64,000 nucleotides of DNA from Octopus vulgaris (GCA_951406725.2 OX597819.1:36022001-36086000), one strand, 5' to 3'; positions 1 through 12,581 are shown, counted from the first letter of the stretch. Notes: generated by a model from the sequence alone, not told the origin. A program made the numbers and translations.

Positions 1-205
1 GTAGGGAATGTCAGCTTGCCTGCTTAGTTGGTGAAGTGGCATCATTTGAAAGCTATGACAATGCAAGGAACGATGAAGTGCATTGTGACTAGTGATGTAT
101 AACAACATCTAATAGTCTGGTTGATACATTGATACAATTATATATATAGATACAATAGGGTATATATATATATATATATGTTTTCAAATCCAAACCAGGG
201 AGTTC

Positions 206-258
206 TGAGCTGATGATAGAAGTGTCGATTTTGACTAATCTTGAAACGTACGTTCTCA
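206..258 (+). ncRNA. Type I hammerhead ribozyme (minimal, Penelope-type), copy 1
   Basis: TGAG-CTGATGA-[T AGA agt GTC gatttt GAC taa TCT T]-GAAAC-GTAC-GTT-CTCA. Stem I is TGAG/CTCA, loop III is palindromic, predicted cleavage after 254 (GUU). Confidence 0.75.
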
Positions 259-762
259 AATAACCTTTGCATTTGATTTTTTAATGTCTCTACCCTCATA
301 CTTTTGTGAGTTGAATTGAGCAAACACTATATGAGAGAGATTTTCTTTAAGTATTGGAGATAGTTTTAAAAAGTTTTTTTAGCTGCTATTTCTAATGAGT
401 TCAGTATGCGGCAAAGTAATTTATTTTACTAAGCCCTTTTATATAATGTAATAATTTGAATTCGCCTTAAATGGTCCCTTTGTATACTGAATACTTGGTG
501 AAATTGATTAATTAATTAATTTTACCCTCAATTGTTGAAATTATAATTCATCTCTCTCTATATAATGCCTCGGATTTTACCGAAAAAAGCATAGTGTTTG
601 CTGATTTTAACCCACGCTGGTGGAAAGGGGAGAGCAGAAATTCTTCGTTTGCATATTTGAATTTGCTAGCACTGTTAGTTTTGAGCAGATCTTCAGAAGC
701 GATAACAGGCCGAAAGGGTATGCTCCCACTTTCAGTGTTTTCAAATCCAAACCAGGGAGTTC

Positions 763-815
763 TGAGCTGATGATAGAAGTGTCGATTTTGACTAATCTTG
801 AAACGTACGTTCTCA
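763..815 (+). ncRNA. Type I hammerhead ribozyme, copy 2
   Basis: Identical to the 206-258 motif; predicted cleavage after 811. Confidence 0.75.
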
Positions 816-1095
816 AATAACCTTTGCATTTGATTTTTTAATGTCTCTACCCTCATACTTTCGTGAGTTGAATTGAGCAAACACTATATGAGAGAGATTT
901 TCTTTAAGTATTGGAGATAGTTTTAAAAAAGTTTTTTTAACTGCTATTTCTAATGAGTTCAGTATGCGGCAAAGTAATTTATTTTACTAAGCCCTTTTAT
1001 ATAATGTAATAATTTGAATTCGCCTTAAATGGTCCCTTTGTATACTGAATACTTGGTGAAATTGATTAATTAATTAATTTTACCCTCAATTGTTG

Positions 1096-1149
<54 letters not shown>

Positions 1150-1234
1150 AGGGTATATATATATATCATTGCATCACTGTATCAACTGGACTATTAGACA
1201 TAATAATACATCTTTATTTTATATATATATATAT

Positions 1235-1520
1235 ATTGGGTCATCCCATAAATAAGGCAGCTTTTTTATATTTTATTTTATTTTTCAAAATTAAGATAAA
1301 CAAAGCTCATTTTTAATCTAAAATATACTCTCCTTCATTTTCTACAATGCTCTTCCATCTATGTGGTAGACTTGCAAGACCCCTCTTCCAAAATTCACTT
1401 GTCCATGATGAAAAATACTCCTCCAGTAATGTTCTGACCTTGTCTACATAATTTATATTTTTTCCATCCAAATGATTTTAAAGACTGCCAAATAAATGAT
1501 AATCAGATGGGGCAATGCCT
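1235..1520 (-). mobile_element. mariner 3' end remnant
   Basis: TIR TATTGGGTCATCCCATAAATAA, the same as at 26881. The minus strand reads PSDYHLFGSL..HLDGKK, resembling the mariner (Y)SPDLAPSDY region. Confidence 0.7.
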
Positions 1521-1539
1521 GGTGAATATGGTGAGTGGG

Positions 1540-1903
1540 GCTCTTTCTTCTCCTGTGTTTTTCCTCCTCATTCTGTTGTCTGTTCTGTTTGCAGGAACTG
1601 GCTCCATTGCAGATAGCAGTTCTCCAGAATCTCCTATCCATGGCAATCTGTTCCCACGAGGATGGTTGAATGTTAGCTTCAGCCAAGGTCCATTTGAGCT
1701 GGTCTTTAAAAGGGAATTTCAGACCTCCTCTGGGTCTTGTTCCGATTGCAAGTTCTCTGTAGAGCACGATCCTTGGGAGACAAGAGGGGTCCATGCGTTG
1801 AACATGACCTGCCCAGTGGAGACGATGGCAAGGAATGGTGGTTTTGACACTTGGTAGTGAGGCACGGCGAAGAACCTCGTTGTTGGTACCTTGATTTTCC
1901 CAT
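1540..1903 (-). mobile_element. RTE-clade LINE 3' coding fragment
   Basis: ORF 1453..1941 contains TNNEVLRRASLPS...RLHWAGHVQRM..LPRIVLY.EL..G.RPRGG, typical of the RTE ORF C-terminus. Confidence 0.8.
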
Positions 1904-1904
1904 T

Positions 1905-3165
1905 GTATGTTGAGTAAAAAGTAAGCAACGTTTTGAACCATGAAGAATTTGTACCAAATTTTTGCAGAGTTTTGAATTTTTAAAAACTTTTTCTTTGCAA
2001 TTGTCTAATAATACAGACATAAACTTTCCCAAATGCATGAATAAATGAACGTTGATATTTTCTCCACCATTGTCACAATAATCTGAACTGGAACTGTTAA
2101 AGCGTGATATTCGAGTAATTTTGCTATTCAACTTTAAAAAAAGGATGTAAAGCAGCTGAAACTGCTCATGATATCAACTAAATATTTGTTGAGGAAGTGA
2201 GCAGTGAGTGGTCAACTTGAAAATGATTTAAACAATTTCGTAGTGGAGACCTTGAGAGTCATGAGAGTGATGGATACTTATCTGTCACCGATGATGGTTA
2301 ACTAAAGACTGTCATTGAGAGGGATCCACATAAAACCACTTGAGAACTGGCAAAAGAACTTCAAGTTAGCCAGAAAACTGCCTGCAACCATTTGCATGCG
2401 ATCAGAAAATCAAAAAAGGCTCGACAAATGGGTACCACATGATTTAAAGGAAAATCAGAAAATGCGCAGATATGAAATTTGCTCCGTAACCAGACCAATC
2501 AAATTCTCAACCCTATTGCAACTTGCAATGAAAAGTGGATTCTGTACAATAATCAAAAAACATTCTCCACAGTGGTTGGACCAAAATGAAGCACCAAAAA
2601 CCTTCCCTAAACCTGAGCTCTTGGAAAAGAAGATTATGGTGACTGTTTGGTGGTGTACTGCTAGATTCATCCACTATAACTTCTTAAAACCCAGAAAAAC
2701 CATTACTGCAGAAACATATTCCCTTGAAAGTGCCAAAATGAGCATAAAAACCACTACTCCTCCATCCCAGACTGGTCAACAGAAGAGGGCCAATCATTCT
2801 TCATGACAATGTTCAATCACATGTTTCACTAATGATGCTCCAGAAGTTGAAGGAACATTGTTATGAAGTTCTTCCCCACCCAGCTTATTCCGCAGACCTT
2901 TCTCCTATCTACTACCACTTTCTCAAGCGCCTTGATGGTATCTGTGAGAGCAGGAGTTCAAAAATCAAACCGATGCTGAAAGTGCATTCAAAGAGTTCAT
3001 CAGCTCCAGAACTCCAGATTTTTATGTTAATAAACAAACTTGTAACTCATTGGCAAAAATGTGCTGATTGTAATGGTACTGACTTTGATGAATAAAATTT
3101 CCACATTGCTAAAATATATTGTGACGAATTTCATGTTTCAAAACATTGCTTACTTTTTACTCAGC

Positions 3166-3172
<7 letters not shown>
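1905..3172 (+). mobile_element. Full-length degenerate mariner transposon (transposase pseudogene)
   Basis: TIRs TGAGTAAAAAGTAAGCAACGTTTTGAA / TTCAAAACATTGCTTACTTTTTACTCAG. Motifs WVPHDL, KIMVTVWW and HPAYSADLSP lie in broken frames. Confidence 0.9.
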
Positions 3173-3204
<32 letters not shown>

Positions 3205-3247
3205 AAAATGGTAAATAATTTTTCAGTGGTTTTTCATATAACCAACA

Positions 3248-3303
3248 ATTATTTACCGGTAAATTTCGGTATGTAAATATGACAAATTCATCATCAGGAA
3301 CTT
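3248..3303 (-). ncRNA. Degenerate hammerhead motif
   Basis: Minus strand CTGATGA...GAAA-TTTACCGGTAAA-TA with a long palindromic stem III. Stem I does not pair. Confidence 0.4.
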
Positions 3304-3444
3304 CTGTAAAGTTCAGTATATAGTAAAAATAATTAAAAGGGCGGGCAACAGGCTGCTTCGCCACATACCGAAGGAATTAGAAATGGCAGTCAAGCCCTTT
3401 TAATTATTTTTACTATATTTTTATATATATATATATATACATGA

Positions 3445-3636
3445 GTTGCGACGTCACTGGTGCCAAGCTGTATCGACCTTTGTCTTTCCCTTGGATAACA
3501 CTGGTGGCGTGGAGAGGGGAGGCTGGTATGCATGGGTGACTGCTGGTCTTCCATAAACAACCTTGCCCGGACTTGTGTCTAGGAGGGTAACTTTCTAGGT
3601 GCAATCCCATGGTCATTCATGACCGAAGGGGTCTCA
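3445..3636 (+). mobile_element. SINE-like interspersed repeat fragment
   Basis: GC-richer island between microsatellites, ending GGTCATTCATGACCGAAGGGG. Family assignment is by resemblance only. Confidence 0.4.
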
Positions 3637-3670
3637 ATCAATACATGAATATCTCTCTCTCTCTCTCTCA

Positions 3671-3723
<53 letters not shown>

Positions 3724-3827
3724 ATCAAAAATAAGGGTGAAAAAATTGCATATTAATTTAATAACATCAATTTAACACCAAGTGGTTTAGCGCATAAAAA
3801 CTGGGATACAGAAAAAATTAATACACA

Positions 3828-4082
3828 AATATAAGAGAGGGTCCACTATGTGGACGCTCTTGCACTAAAAATAGATCCGCAATGATCTCAACCACCAAGA
3901 ATTGTTCCCAAGGAGAATTAGCACAACTATGAACGTAAACAAGATTAATTCTAGACAATTGACCTGCTCGTTTACGTTCATAGTTGTGCTAATTCTCCTT
4001 GGGAACAATTTTTGGTGGTTGAGATCATTGCGGATCTATTTTTAGCGCAAGAGCGTCCACATAGTGGACCCTCTCGTATATT

Positions 4083-4083
<1 letters not shown>
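3828..4083. repeat. Long fold-back inverted repeat (~115-bp arms, ~25-nt spacer)
   Basis: 3828-3943 is the reverse complement of 3967-4083 with few mismatches; the surrounding element is bounded by (TA)n. Confidence 0.9.
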
Positions 4084-4117
<34 letters not shown>

Positions 4118-4148
4118 GCATGTATATATATATATATATATGTATGTG

Positions 4149-4184
<36 letters not shown>

Positions 4185-4194
4185 TTCATATATA

Positions 4195-4227
<33 letters not shown>

Positions 4228-4244
4228 ATATGTATCTATGTATG

Positions 4245-4430
4245 TATGAATGAGGACAGCTGCTTAAAGAAGTGCCTGTCACTGAAAGTGGATGGTAGCT
4301 GCAGAAGAGGGAAACTCAGAAAGACATGATGAAATGTTAAGTACTGATCTCAGAACGTTGGGTCTTACAAAGGAAATGACGCTGGACTGAGATGTCTGTT
4401 GAAATGAGGTTCTTGAGAAGACCCACCCAT
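4245..4430 (+). mobile_element. RTE LINE C-terminal fragment
   Basis: Translates [26 protein letters not shown], homologous to RMDEERCVKKCHSQTVEGIRGRGR in the 34990 ORF. Confidence 0.65.
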
Positions 4431-5779
4431 GTCAGTGAAACTGAGTTCAAGAAGTAGTGTTCCACCCACACTTAACAAGAAAACGTTTCACGAACCCTGC
4501 CACAACAAACCACACTATATCTCTACATCTCTTCTCTTCCTCGCAATTCCACTTCATGCCCTATGCTCACCTCCCACTCTCCAGTCCTGCCCTTTTAGCT
4601 CTGTCTCACTGTATCATATCATTGCTTTTGAGTAGATCCTTACCCCCCACCCCGTCCTGTGTGTTCCACCCACAAGTAAAAAGAAAACTTTTCACACACT
4701 CTACCCCAACAAACCAATCTACATCTCTACATCTCTCCTCTTCCTCACATTTCCTCCTTCATATACTATGCCTATCTCTTACTCTCCAACCCTGTCCTCA
4801 CAGCCCTGTTTCTCTGTATCATTGCTATCTGGCATCCCCTTTCCCCATTCTATATATACCTAGGTTTTGACCATTCACTTCCCCACCCCTCTACGCTTTC
4901 TAATCCCATTCCTTTCACAATATCCTGCCACTTATATTATGACATCTGAACCTCAAGGATATGCCCTGGCACTTGGCACCATCTATACCTCTCTCTTCCT
5001 TCACTCAACCATCCCATTTATATTCTGATCCCCATCCCTTGTGAGTATACCCAGCACTTGACCATCTCTATCCTGCAGTCTCCCACTCTCTCCTTCTGCA
5101 CTTCTCTCAGGTTGGGTAACCATGTATCTCCTTGCAGTAGCACACCTGTTTCTGTCTTCCTTCTTGATCTCTCTCTTTTTCTCTCTCTCTCTCTTTTTTT
5201 TCCTCTCTCTTTTTTTCTCTCTCTCTTTTTTTTTTCTCTCTCTCTTTTTTTTTTTCTCTCTCTCTTTTTTCAGTCTTGAGCTAATCGACTTTTTCCACAT
5301 GAAACGGAAAATAAGGCTGGAGAAGAAATGCCTGTCGCAAAGTGTGCTTCGTGGAAGTCTATAGCAAGTATGTTGCGATTGAAAGAACCTGTTTAAACGA
5401 GAATATAAAAAAGGAGAAAGCAAAGTCTTCAGTGTGAGTATGTGGTTTGTGGGGTCAACCACGTCCTCTGCTTCATTTTTTGTTAATCACTCATTCTCAT
5501 TTAATTGTATATATTTTAATTGTTTGTTTATTCGATACCCAATGTTTGTTTTGTCTGTCCTCATATCGTCCATTCTTTTTCTCAACCTTATGGTGAATAA
5601 AGAAATACTCTCTCTTTTCTCTCTCTTTCTTTCTCTCTCTTTCTCTCCCTCTCTCTCCCTAGCTGGGTAACCATATACCTCCTCTACAGCTAGACACCTG
5701 TCTCTCTGTCTCACTACAGCCTTTCATCATTTGACACAAGATTACCTCCTCCGATGCCTCCTCTCCTCGCAAATAATTT

Positions 5780-6110
5780 TTGTCTTGCAAGTTACTTGGT
5801 GACCCTGTCAGTGCAGGTGCCACTTAAAAAGCATCCAACCTGCACTGTAAAGTTGTTGATGTTTGGAAGGGCGTCCAGCTGTAAAAACCTTGCCAAATCT
5901 GATCTCACTTGTGCTTGTTGTAGGTAAAAAGCACTAAGTCCACTCTGCTGAGTGGTTGATGTTAGGAAGGGCACCTAGCTGTAAAAATCCTGCCAAAACA
6001 GTTATAGAAGTCTGGTGCAGGTTTCTGCCTGGCTAGCTCTTGGCAAACTGCCCCACCCATGCCAGCATAGAAGATGGACGTTAAACAATGATGATAATGA
6101 TGATGATGAT
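5780..6110 (+). mobile_element. RTE-3'-tail short element
   Basis: AGGAAGGGCA.CTAGCTGTA...CCCATGCCAGCAT...GGACGTTAAAC(GAT)n tail, shared with the LINE at 34577-35720. Confidence 0.75.
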
Positions 6111-7060
6111 GTATGTATGTATTGGAAAATGAACTTCTCAACCATACAGCCATAAGATGAGCTTCCACACAGTTTCTGGTTACCAAATTTGCTTACAAGC
6201 ATTGGTCAGTTATAAGGGTTTAGTAAAAGAGATATACATATCTATGTGTGCACACATATGTGTGTATGTGTGTGTGTGTGTTTGCATATGTTTATATGAA
6301 AACACTTACACACACATATGTATGCCAATGCATGTATGTGGCAGTAAATGTGTATGCTTCAGTAAAAGAAGGAAGATATTTCATATGCGTATATTACATC
6401 TATTATTCATTCATTTGATGTCAAAGATAAAAGAAACTCAGAGATAAGTTTCGGCCATGTTTTAATGCACATAGAGTAAAGTCAACAACAGTCTGAAATG
6501 ATATTTCTGTAATGTAAAGATTATAATCTCAAATTGCATTGCTATGTAATACCATGTGGGTCAAGTGACAGCCACTTGGTTTAGAGGTTATAAAATCATG
6601 TAGCAACCCAAACATTCTACTCTGATGATAAGACAAAAAATTTCTTTGTTTGCTTTTCAAAGATCTACCATGACAAACAAATGAACCAAATAGGAATTAG
6701 ATAAAGATTTCTAAAAATAATTCTTCTTGAGGACAGTATTTGTTCATTTCCAGCTCAGCCCTGATTTGGCAGTCCTATGAACAAAGACGTTCCAATTGTG
6801 ACTATTCCATCTTTTCAGATGTAGCATATTTCAGAATTTCAGAATACACAATATTCAATGTTCTGCTTTTTTCTTACAAGTGGTAGCGATTGATTTGAAA
6901 GAGGTTCGGCAGCTATTTCCAGCAAGTTGAGTGATCATGTTGAGCAGAGGTTTTCAACATGGGTAGCACCACCCCAAAAGGACATTGGACACATATAAGG
7001 GAGTGCTAGGCTTAAAGGGGGGACAGTGATGGGGGTGGTGAAGTAACAAAATTAACATAT

Positions 7061-7536
<476 letters not shown>

Positions 7537-7564
7537 ATTAAATTTTACCCATAGTAGTAATTAT

Positions 7565-7778
7565 ATTCTTTTCTACCCTAGGCACAAGGCCTGAAATTTT
7601 GGGGGAGGGGGCTAGTCAATTAGATTGACACCAGTATGCAACTGGTACTTAATTTATCAACCCTGAAAAGATGAAAGGCAAAATCGACCTTGGCAGAATT
7701 TGAAATCAGAAGATAAAGATAGACAAAATACTGCTAAGCATTTTGCCTGGCATGCTAACATTTCTGCCAGCGCACCAC
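7565..7778 (-). mobile_element. tRNA-derived SINE family B
   Basis: Reverse complement of the GCTGGCAGAA..GTTAGCA...TTCAAATTC..GTCGACTTTGCCTTTCATC family seen at 16151. Confidence 0.75.
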
Positions 7779-7809
7779 TTTATAGTCGTAATTATATTAT
7801 TTAAAGGAT

Positions 7810-8280
7810 TATTTAAATGCATGTGATCATTGACAGAGTGGCTATTCGAGTATGATCGTTACCAGTGTTGCCTTACTGGTACTTATGCCTGTGCTAGTAG
7901 GGTGCCAAGAACACCATCCGAGCGTGGTCGTTGTGATCGTTGTCAGAGCAGCCAACTGGCTTCCGTACCTGTGGCACGTAAAAGGGCACCATTCGAGCAT
8001 GATCGTTACCAACGTCGCTTCACTGGCACCTGTGTCGGTGGCAAGTGTAAAAAGATTCGAGCGAGGTCATTGCCAGTACCGCCTGACTGGCCCCCGTGCC
8101 GGTGGCACATAAAAAGCACCCACTACACTCTAGGAGTGGTTGGCATTAGGAAGGGCATCCAGCTGTAGAAACTCTGCTAGATCAAGACTAGAGCCTGGTG
8201 CAGCCATCTGGTTGCCAGCCCTCAGTCAAAACCGTCCAACCCATGCTAGCATGGAAAACGGACGTTAAGTGATGATGATT
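7810..8280 (+). mobile_element. RTE-3'-tail short element with internal subrepeats
   Basis: Repeated TGGCACGTAAAA.GCACC / GATCGTTACCA units and a (GAT)n tail. Confidence 0.8.
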
Positions 8281-9579
8281 CAGTGCATTCTCATGATTCC
8301 TGACTAAGCAATAAAATAAGTTTGCAATAAGTCAAAGAGGAGATAGATCATATCAGCCACAAGGAAGTTATTATCTTGAAATGCATAAAGTAAATTTACA
8401 ACTTTTGTCTTTATTAATTTTTTTTAGCATTTCACTGTCAAAAGCTTGTACATTTTTTTGAGTAAAGTTTATAAATCAACATCTATGTTAAGTTAGCGAT
8501 ACCCCACTCACCATTTAGGTGGGTACTAGGCATAATATCTATTTAAAAAGGGTGCTACAAAAAAAAGTGTTAAGAAACACTAATGCAGACGCTTGTTTGT
8601 TTGGTGAAGTTTTGTGATATAGAGGTAGCAACAGAATGTCAGACTACTAACCAAGAGTCCATCATTCATATCCATTTCTAGGATGGTTCTACCATGTTCT
8701 TTGCTTTAACTCTTGCTGAATTAGCTCACCAAAACGTATATTAAGTATAGCTTAGTTCTATAAAGAATACCTGGCTCTGTTTACTTAATGAGTATTTTAT
8801 AGTCTTGTAGTTAAAGGTAATTCAGTCATTGCAATCCTATCTTTGTTTTTTTGGTACTGTACACCTAGGATCGCATTATCCATTGTGTTCTGTTTTGAAA
8901 GTTGTAGGATGTATTCTGAAGAAGATTTGGCTATTAGTTCTAGCAGCTCTAGTAACTCTATTGCTGCCATTCTCATGTATTTTCCTTGTTATTTTGTTAG
9001 CTTCCTTTACTGAGTTCTAGTTTCTCTTTGATTCTAAGGAAGGAAACAGGAAGACACTCCAGCACCCATCTTCAAAGTAGTGTTTCTAAACATTTCACTC
9101 ATTGATCTATGATCTGGTTTTAATTACAAACTGTGTGGTGGTAGCAGAGATATTGGTAGTGGTGGTGGTGATGGTTGGTGTTCAAAGTCAACACCAAACA
9201 ATGTACATAAGAATAAATAGTTGTTGTGCAACAACAAATGTGATGTTAAACATTTTGAGAATAGGAACAGTGCGGAGATATTTCATATGACATGCAATGA
9301 TTATATGATGTGTTTGTACATGTGCATATTGTGTGTGTGTGTGTGTGTATGTGAAGGTGCTTTTTCTTGTGTTTTGTGTATTGGGCTCACAACCATTTGA
9401 CTAACTCTTGGACTGATCCACATATTGTATCTTTAATCAAGGTACTTCGCTTTATCTTTGCTCCACTCTACTTAGCTGCAAAAAGTACCAGCCAAGAGTT
9501 GATGTATCCCCATCTCCCTCCAGCTACCATGTCTATCATGATCTACCGGGTCAAGAAGGTGTCTATGTTTACTTCTGAC

Positions 9580-9925
9580 TGTGCTAGTAGGGTGCCACGA
9601 ACACCATCCAAGCATGATCGTTGTCAGAGCAGCCAACTGGCTTCCGTACTCGTGGCACGTAAAAGGGCACCATTCGAGCATGATCATACCAATGTCGCTT
9701 CACTGGCACCTGTGTCGGTGGCACGTGTAAAAAGATTTGAGCGAGGTCATTGCCAGTACCGCCTGACTGGTCTCCATGCAGGTGGCACGTAAAAAGCACC
9801 CACTACACTCTTGGAGTGGTTGGCATTAGGAAGGGCATCCAGCTGTAGAAACTCTGCCAGATCAAGACTGGAGCCTGGTGCAGCCATCTGGTTGCCAGCC
9901 CTCAGTCAAAACTGTCCAATCCTGT
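9580..9925 (+). mobile_element. RTE-3'-tail short element
   Basis: Close match to 7890-8240. Confidence 0.8.
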
Positions 9926-10194
9926 CAACAATATATAGGCATCTAAGAGCAATTAGCAAAAGCATGGTACATTTTACCAAGAAATACTTGCTTGTGAATG
10001 GGAGCTGTGGTTTTAATCTTACATGATTTTGCATCGTCTAGATTATAGAGTTTAGGAGATCCACATATAAACCATGGTAGTTGATAATCCATTTCCCTTT
10101 ATGATTATAATACTTTAGCTTCAGCCTTTAACCTGTACATAACCTGCATGTTACTTTTGCTGCATATTGTTTCTATCTTTGCAAATATTGAAGC

Positions 10195-10670
10195 ATGGTG
10201 AAGCATGATCTTTGAATAATGGGACTCACAAAAGGCAATGACAAGTGACCGAGACCTTTGGCAATGTGCCATGCTTGAGAAGACCCATCGAACCAAGGCA
10301 CTCATGCTGGTGGCACATAAAAAAAACATCTTGTGAACATTGGGCTTCACAAAGGTGATAAGCAACTGAGACCTTTTACGATATGCCATGCCTGAGAAGA
10401 CACATCAAGCCATTTGCAATCGTAATTGTGGCCGATGCCAGTGTTGCGCAACTGGCACCCATGCCAGTGACATGTAACAAGCTTCCATTACACTCTTGGA
10501 GTGGCTGGTGTTAGAAATTGCATCCAGCCACAGAAACCATGCCAAATAAGACTAGAACTTGGAGCAGCTCTCCAGCTTACCAGTTTCTGTCAAATCATTT
10601 AACTCATGCCAGCATGGAAAGCAGATGCTAAATGATGATGATGAGGAGGAGGAGGAGGATGATGATGATG
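10195..10670 (+). mobile_element. Older RTE 3' end
   Basis: GACCGAGACCTTTGGCAATGTGCCATGCTTGAGAAGACCC followed by the same tail and (GAT)n. Confidence 0.7.
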
Positions 10671-10726
10671 TTTGTGTGTGGCTGCTTTTAAGTAATAATC
10701 AAATTTAAATAAAATAATCCCATTAA

Positions 10727-11125
10727 TTTATTCTTTTACTTGTTTCAGTCATTTGACTGCAGCCATGCTGGTGCACCGCCTTTAGTTGAGCAAATCGACC
10801 CCAGGACTTATTCTTTGTAAGCCTAGTACTTATTCTATCGGTCTCTTTTTGCTAAACCGCTAAGTTACGGAGACGTAAACACACCAGCATCAGTTGTCAA
10901 GATATATTGGGGGGACAAACACAGACACAAACACACACATGTATACATATAAATGACAGGCTTCTTTCAGTTTCCGTCTACCAAATCCACTCACAAGACT
11001 TTGGTTGGCCCGAGACTATAGTAGAAGACACTTGCCCAAGGTGCCACGCAGTGGGACTGAACCCAGAACCATGTGGTTGGTTGGTTGGTAAGCAAGCTAC
11101 TTACCACACAGCCACTCCTGCGCCT
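10727..11125 (-). mobile_element. SINE family A
   Basis: Full-length reverse-complement copy. Confidence 0.9.
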
Positions 11126-11301
11126 ATTTGTGGAGAATTTGAGCTAAATACTGGAACCATAGACATCATAATAATGTATTCCTGTAATTTATGTACAGAA
11201 CAAACTGATCAAACAGCACTATCAAGCTATTATTCCCGATTGACTTAACAATATTAAATAAAAAGTAGGTTTACAGCCAGTTGATTAAAAACTGTGCATA
11301 T

Positions 11302-11708
11302 AGGCGCAGGAGTGGCTGTGTGGTAAGTAGCTTGCTAACCAACCACATGGTTCTGGGTTCAATCCCACTGCGTGGCATCTTGGGCAAGTGTCTTCTGCTA
11401 TAGCCCCGGGCCGACCAATGCCTTGTGAGTGGATTTGGTAGACGGAAACTGAAAGAAGCCTGTCGTATATATGTATATATATATGTATGTGTTTGTGTGT
11501 CTGTGTTTGTCCCCCTAGCATTGCTTGACAACTGATGCTGGTGTGTTTACATCCCTGTCACTTAGCGGTTCGGCAAAAGAGACCGATAGAATAAGTACTG
11601 GGCTTACAAAGAATAAGTCCCGGGGTCGATTTGCTCGACTAAAGGCGGTGCTCCAGCATGGCCGCAGTCAAATGACTGAAACAAATAAAAGAGTAAAAGA
11701 GAAAGAGT
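11302..11708 (+). mobile_element. SINE family A
   Basis: GGCGCAGGAGTGGCTGTGTGGTAAG head, B-box GGTTCAATCC, (AAAAGAGT)n tail. Confidence 0.9.
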
Positions 11709-12099
11709 ATATGTTTTACATGTAGAATATGTGTTTATATAAATTCATGAGAATGTATGAGAATGAAATAAACAGTAGCTAAGGTAGCTGGCTTCCCTCT
11801 CTGCTTTAATCCAGCAAGATGAGCTTTTTTATGGCTATTGGTAGGTTCACAGAGATGGGTTGCTTGAACTGTGCTGACTTGCATTTTTAGCTAATTTTAG
11901 TCAATGTGAAATGTCAAATCAACTTGAGAAATGAAAATAAGAAACGAATTTGACTGAGAGGATGACAGATGTTCAGCAATGCCATAACAGACGAGTCTCC
12001 TGTCAACAATATATAGAATCTCTGCATCTATTCAGGCACTGGTGTCACAAATAGCCAGTGGGCTTATTAACAAATAATTAATAGCGACAGAAGCAGTAA

Positions 12100-12432
12100 T
12101 AATACCATAATGTAATCTTGATCTCCAACTTAACGCAAAGGTTGTGTTAGAATACAGAATAAACACTGAGATTCTATACATTTTTGACAGGAAATTTGGC
12201 TGTTATGGCACTGCTGGACATCTGTGACTGAGGAACTCATAACAGGGTGAAATCAGGTGATCTGACTGTTCTGGCAGCCATAGCAGATGATTCTCGTCTA
12301 TTAACAATATATGAGTGCTTTTATGTGCCACAAGTCCTTACAAGAGATCTTCTCAAAGTATATAATGCCATATTCTGTGTTCTAACACAACCTCCACATT
12401 AAGTTGGAGATCAAGATTACCTTTTGGTATTG
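12100..12432. repeat. Degenerate inverted repeat (12100-12165 vs 12370-12432) within a mixed direct/inverted repeat 11960-12440
   Basis: GTAATCTTGATCTCCAACTTAA...GGTTGTGTTAGAA pairs with TTCTAACACAACC...TTAAGTTGGAGATCAAGATTAC. Confidence 0.75.
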
Positions 12433-12447
12433 ATACTGTTCCTGTAG

Positions 12448-12506
<59 letters not shown>

Positions 12507-12522
12507 AATAATAATAAAAATT

Positions 12523-12579
<57 letters not shown>

Positions 12580-12581
<2 letters not shown>

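Larger units (their letters stand above)
180..1102 (+). mobile_element. Non-coding tandem (retrozyme/Penelope pseudo-LTR-like) element: near-identical direct repeats 180-545 and 737-1102, each with a hammerhead motif
   Basis: Two ~366-bp copies offset by 557 bp. Both ends abut (TA)n. TACAATAGGGTATATATATA occurs on both flanks (151-170, 1144-1163), like a target duplication. Confidence 0.75.

Noticed and set aside
105-140. Inverted match to 1165-1200 as TIRs
   Set aside because: The same sequence recurs at ~42790; it is the tail of a dispersed repeat rather than element ends.
138-880. Duplicated minus-strand ORFs MLNSTH...
   Set aside because: Antisense to the hammerhead repeat, non-ATG starts, no recognisable motif.
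7810-8280. Repeat-spacer-like pattern suggesting CRISPR
   Set aside because: Eukaryotic context, degenerate units, part of a retroposon tail, no cas genes.
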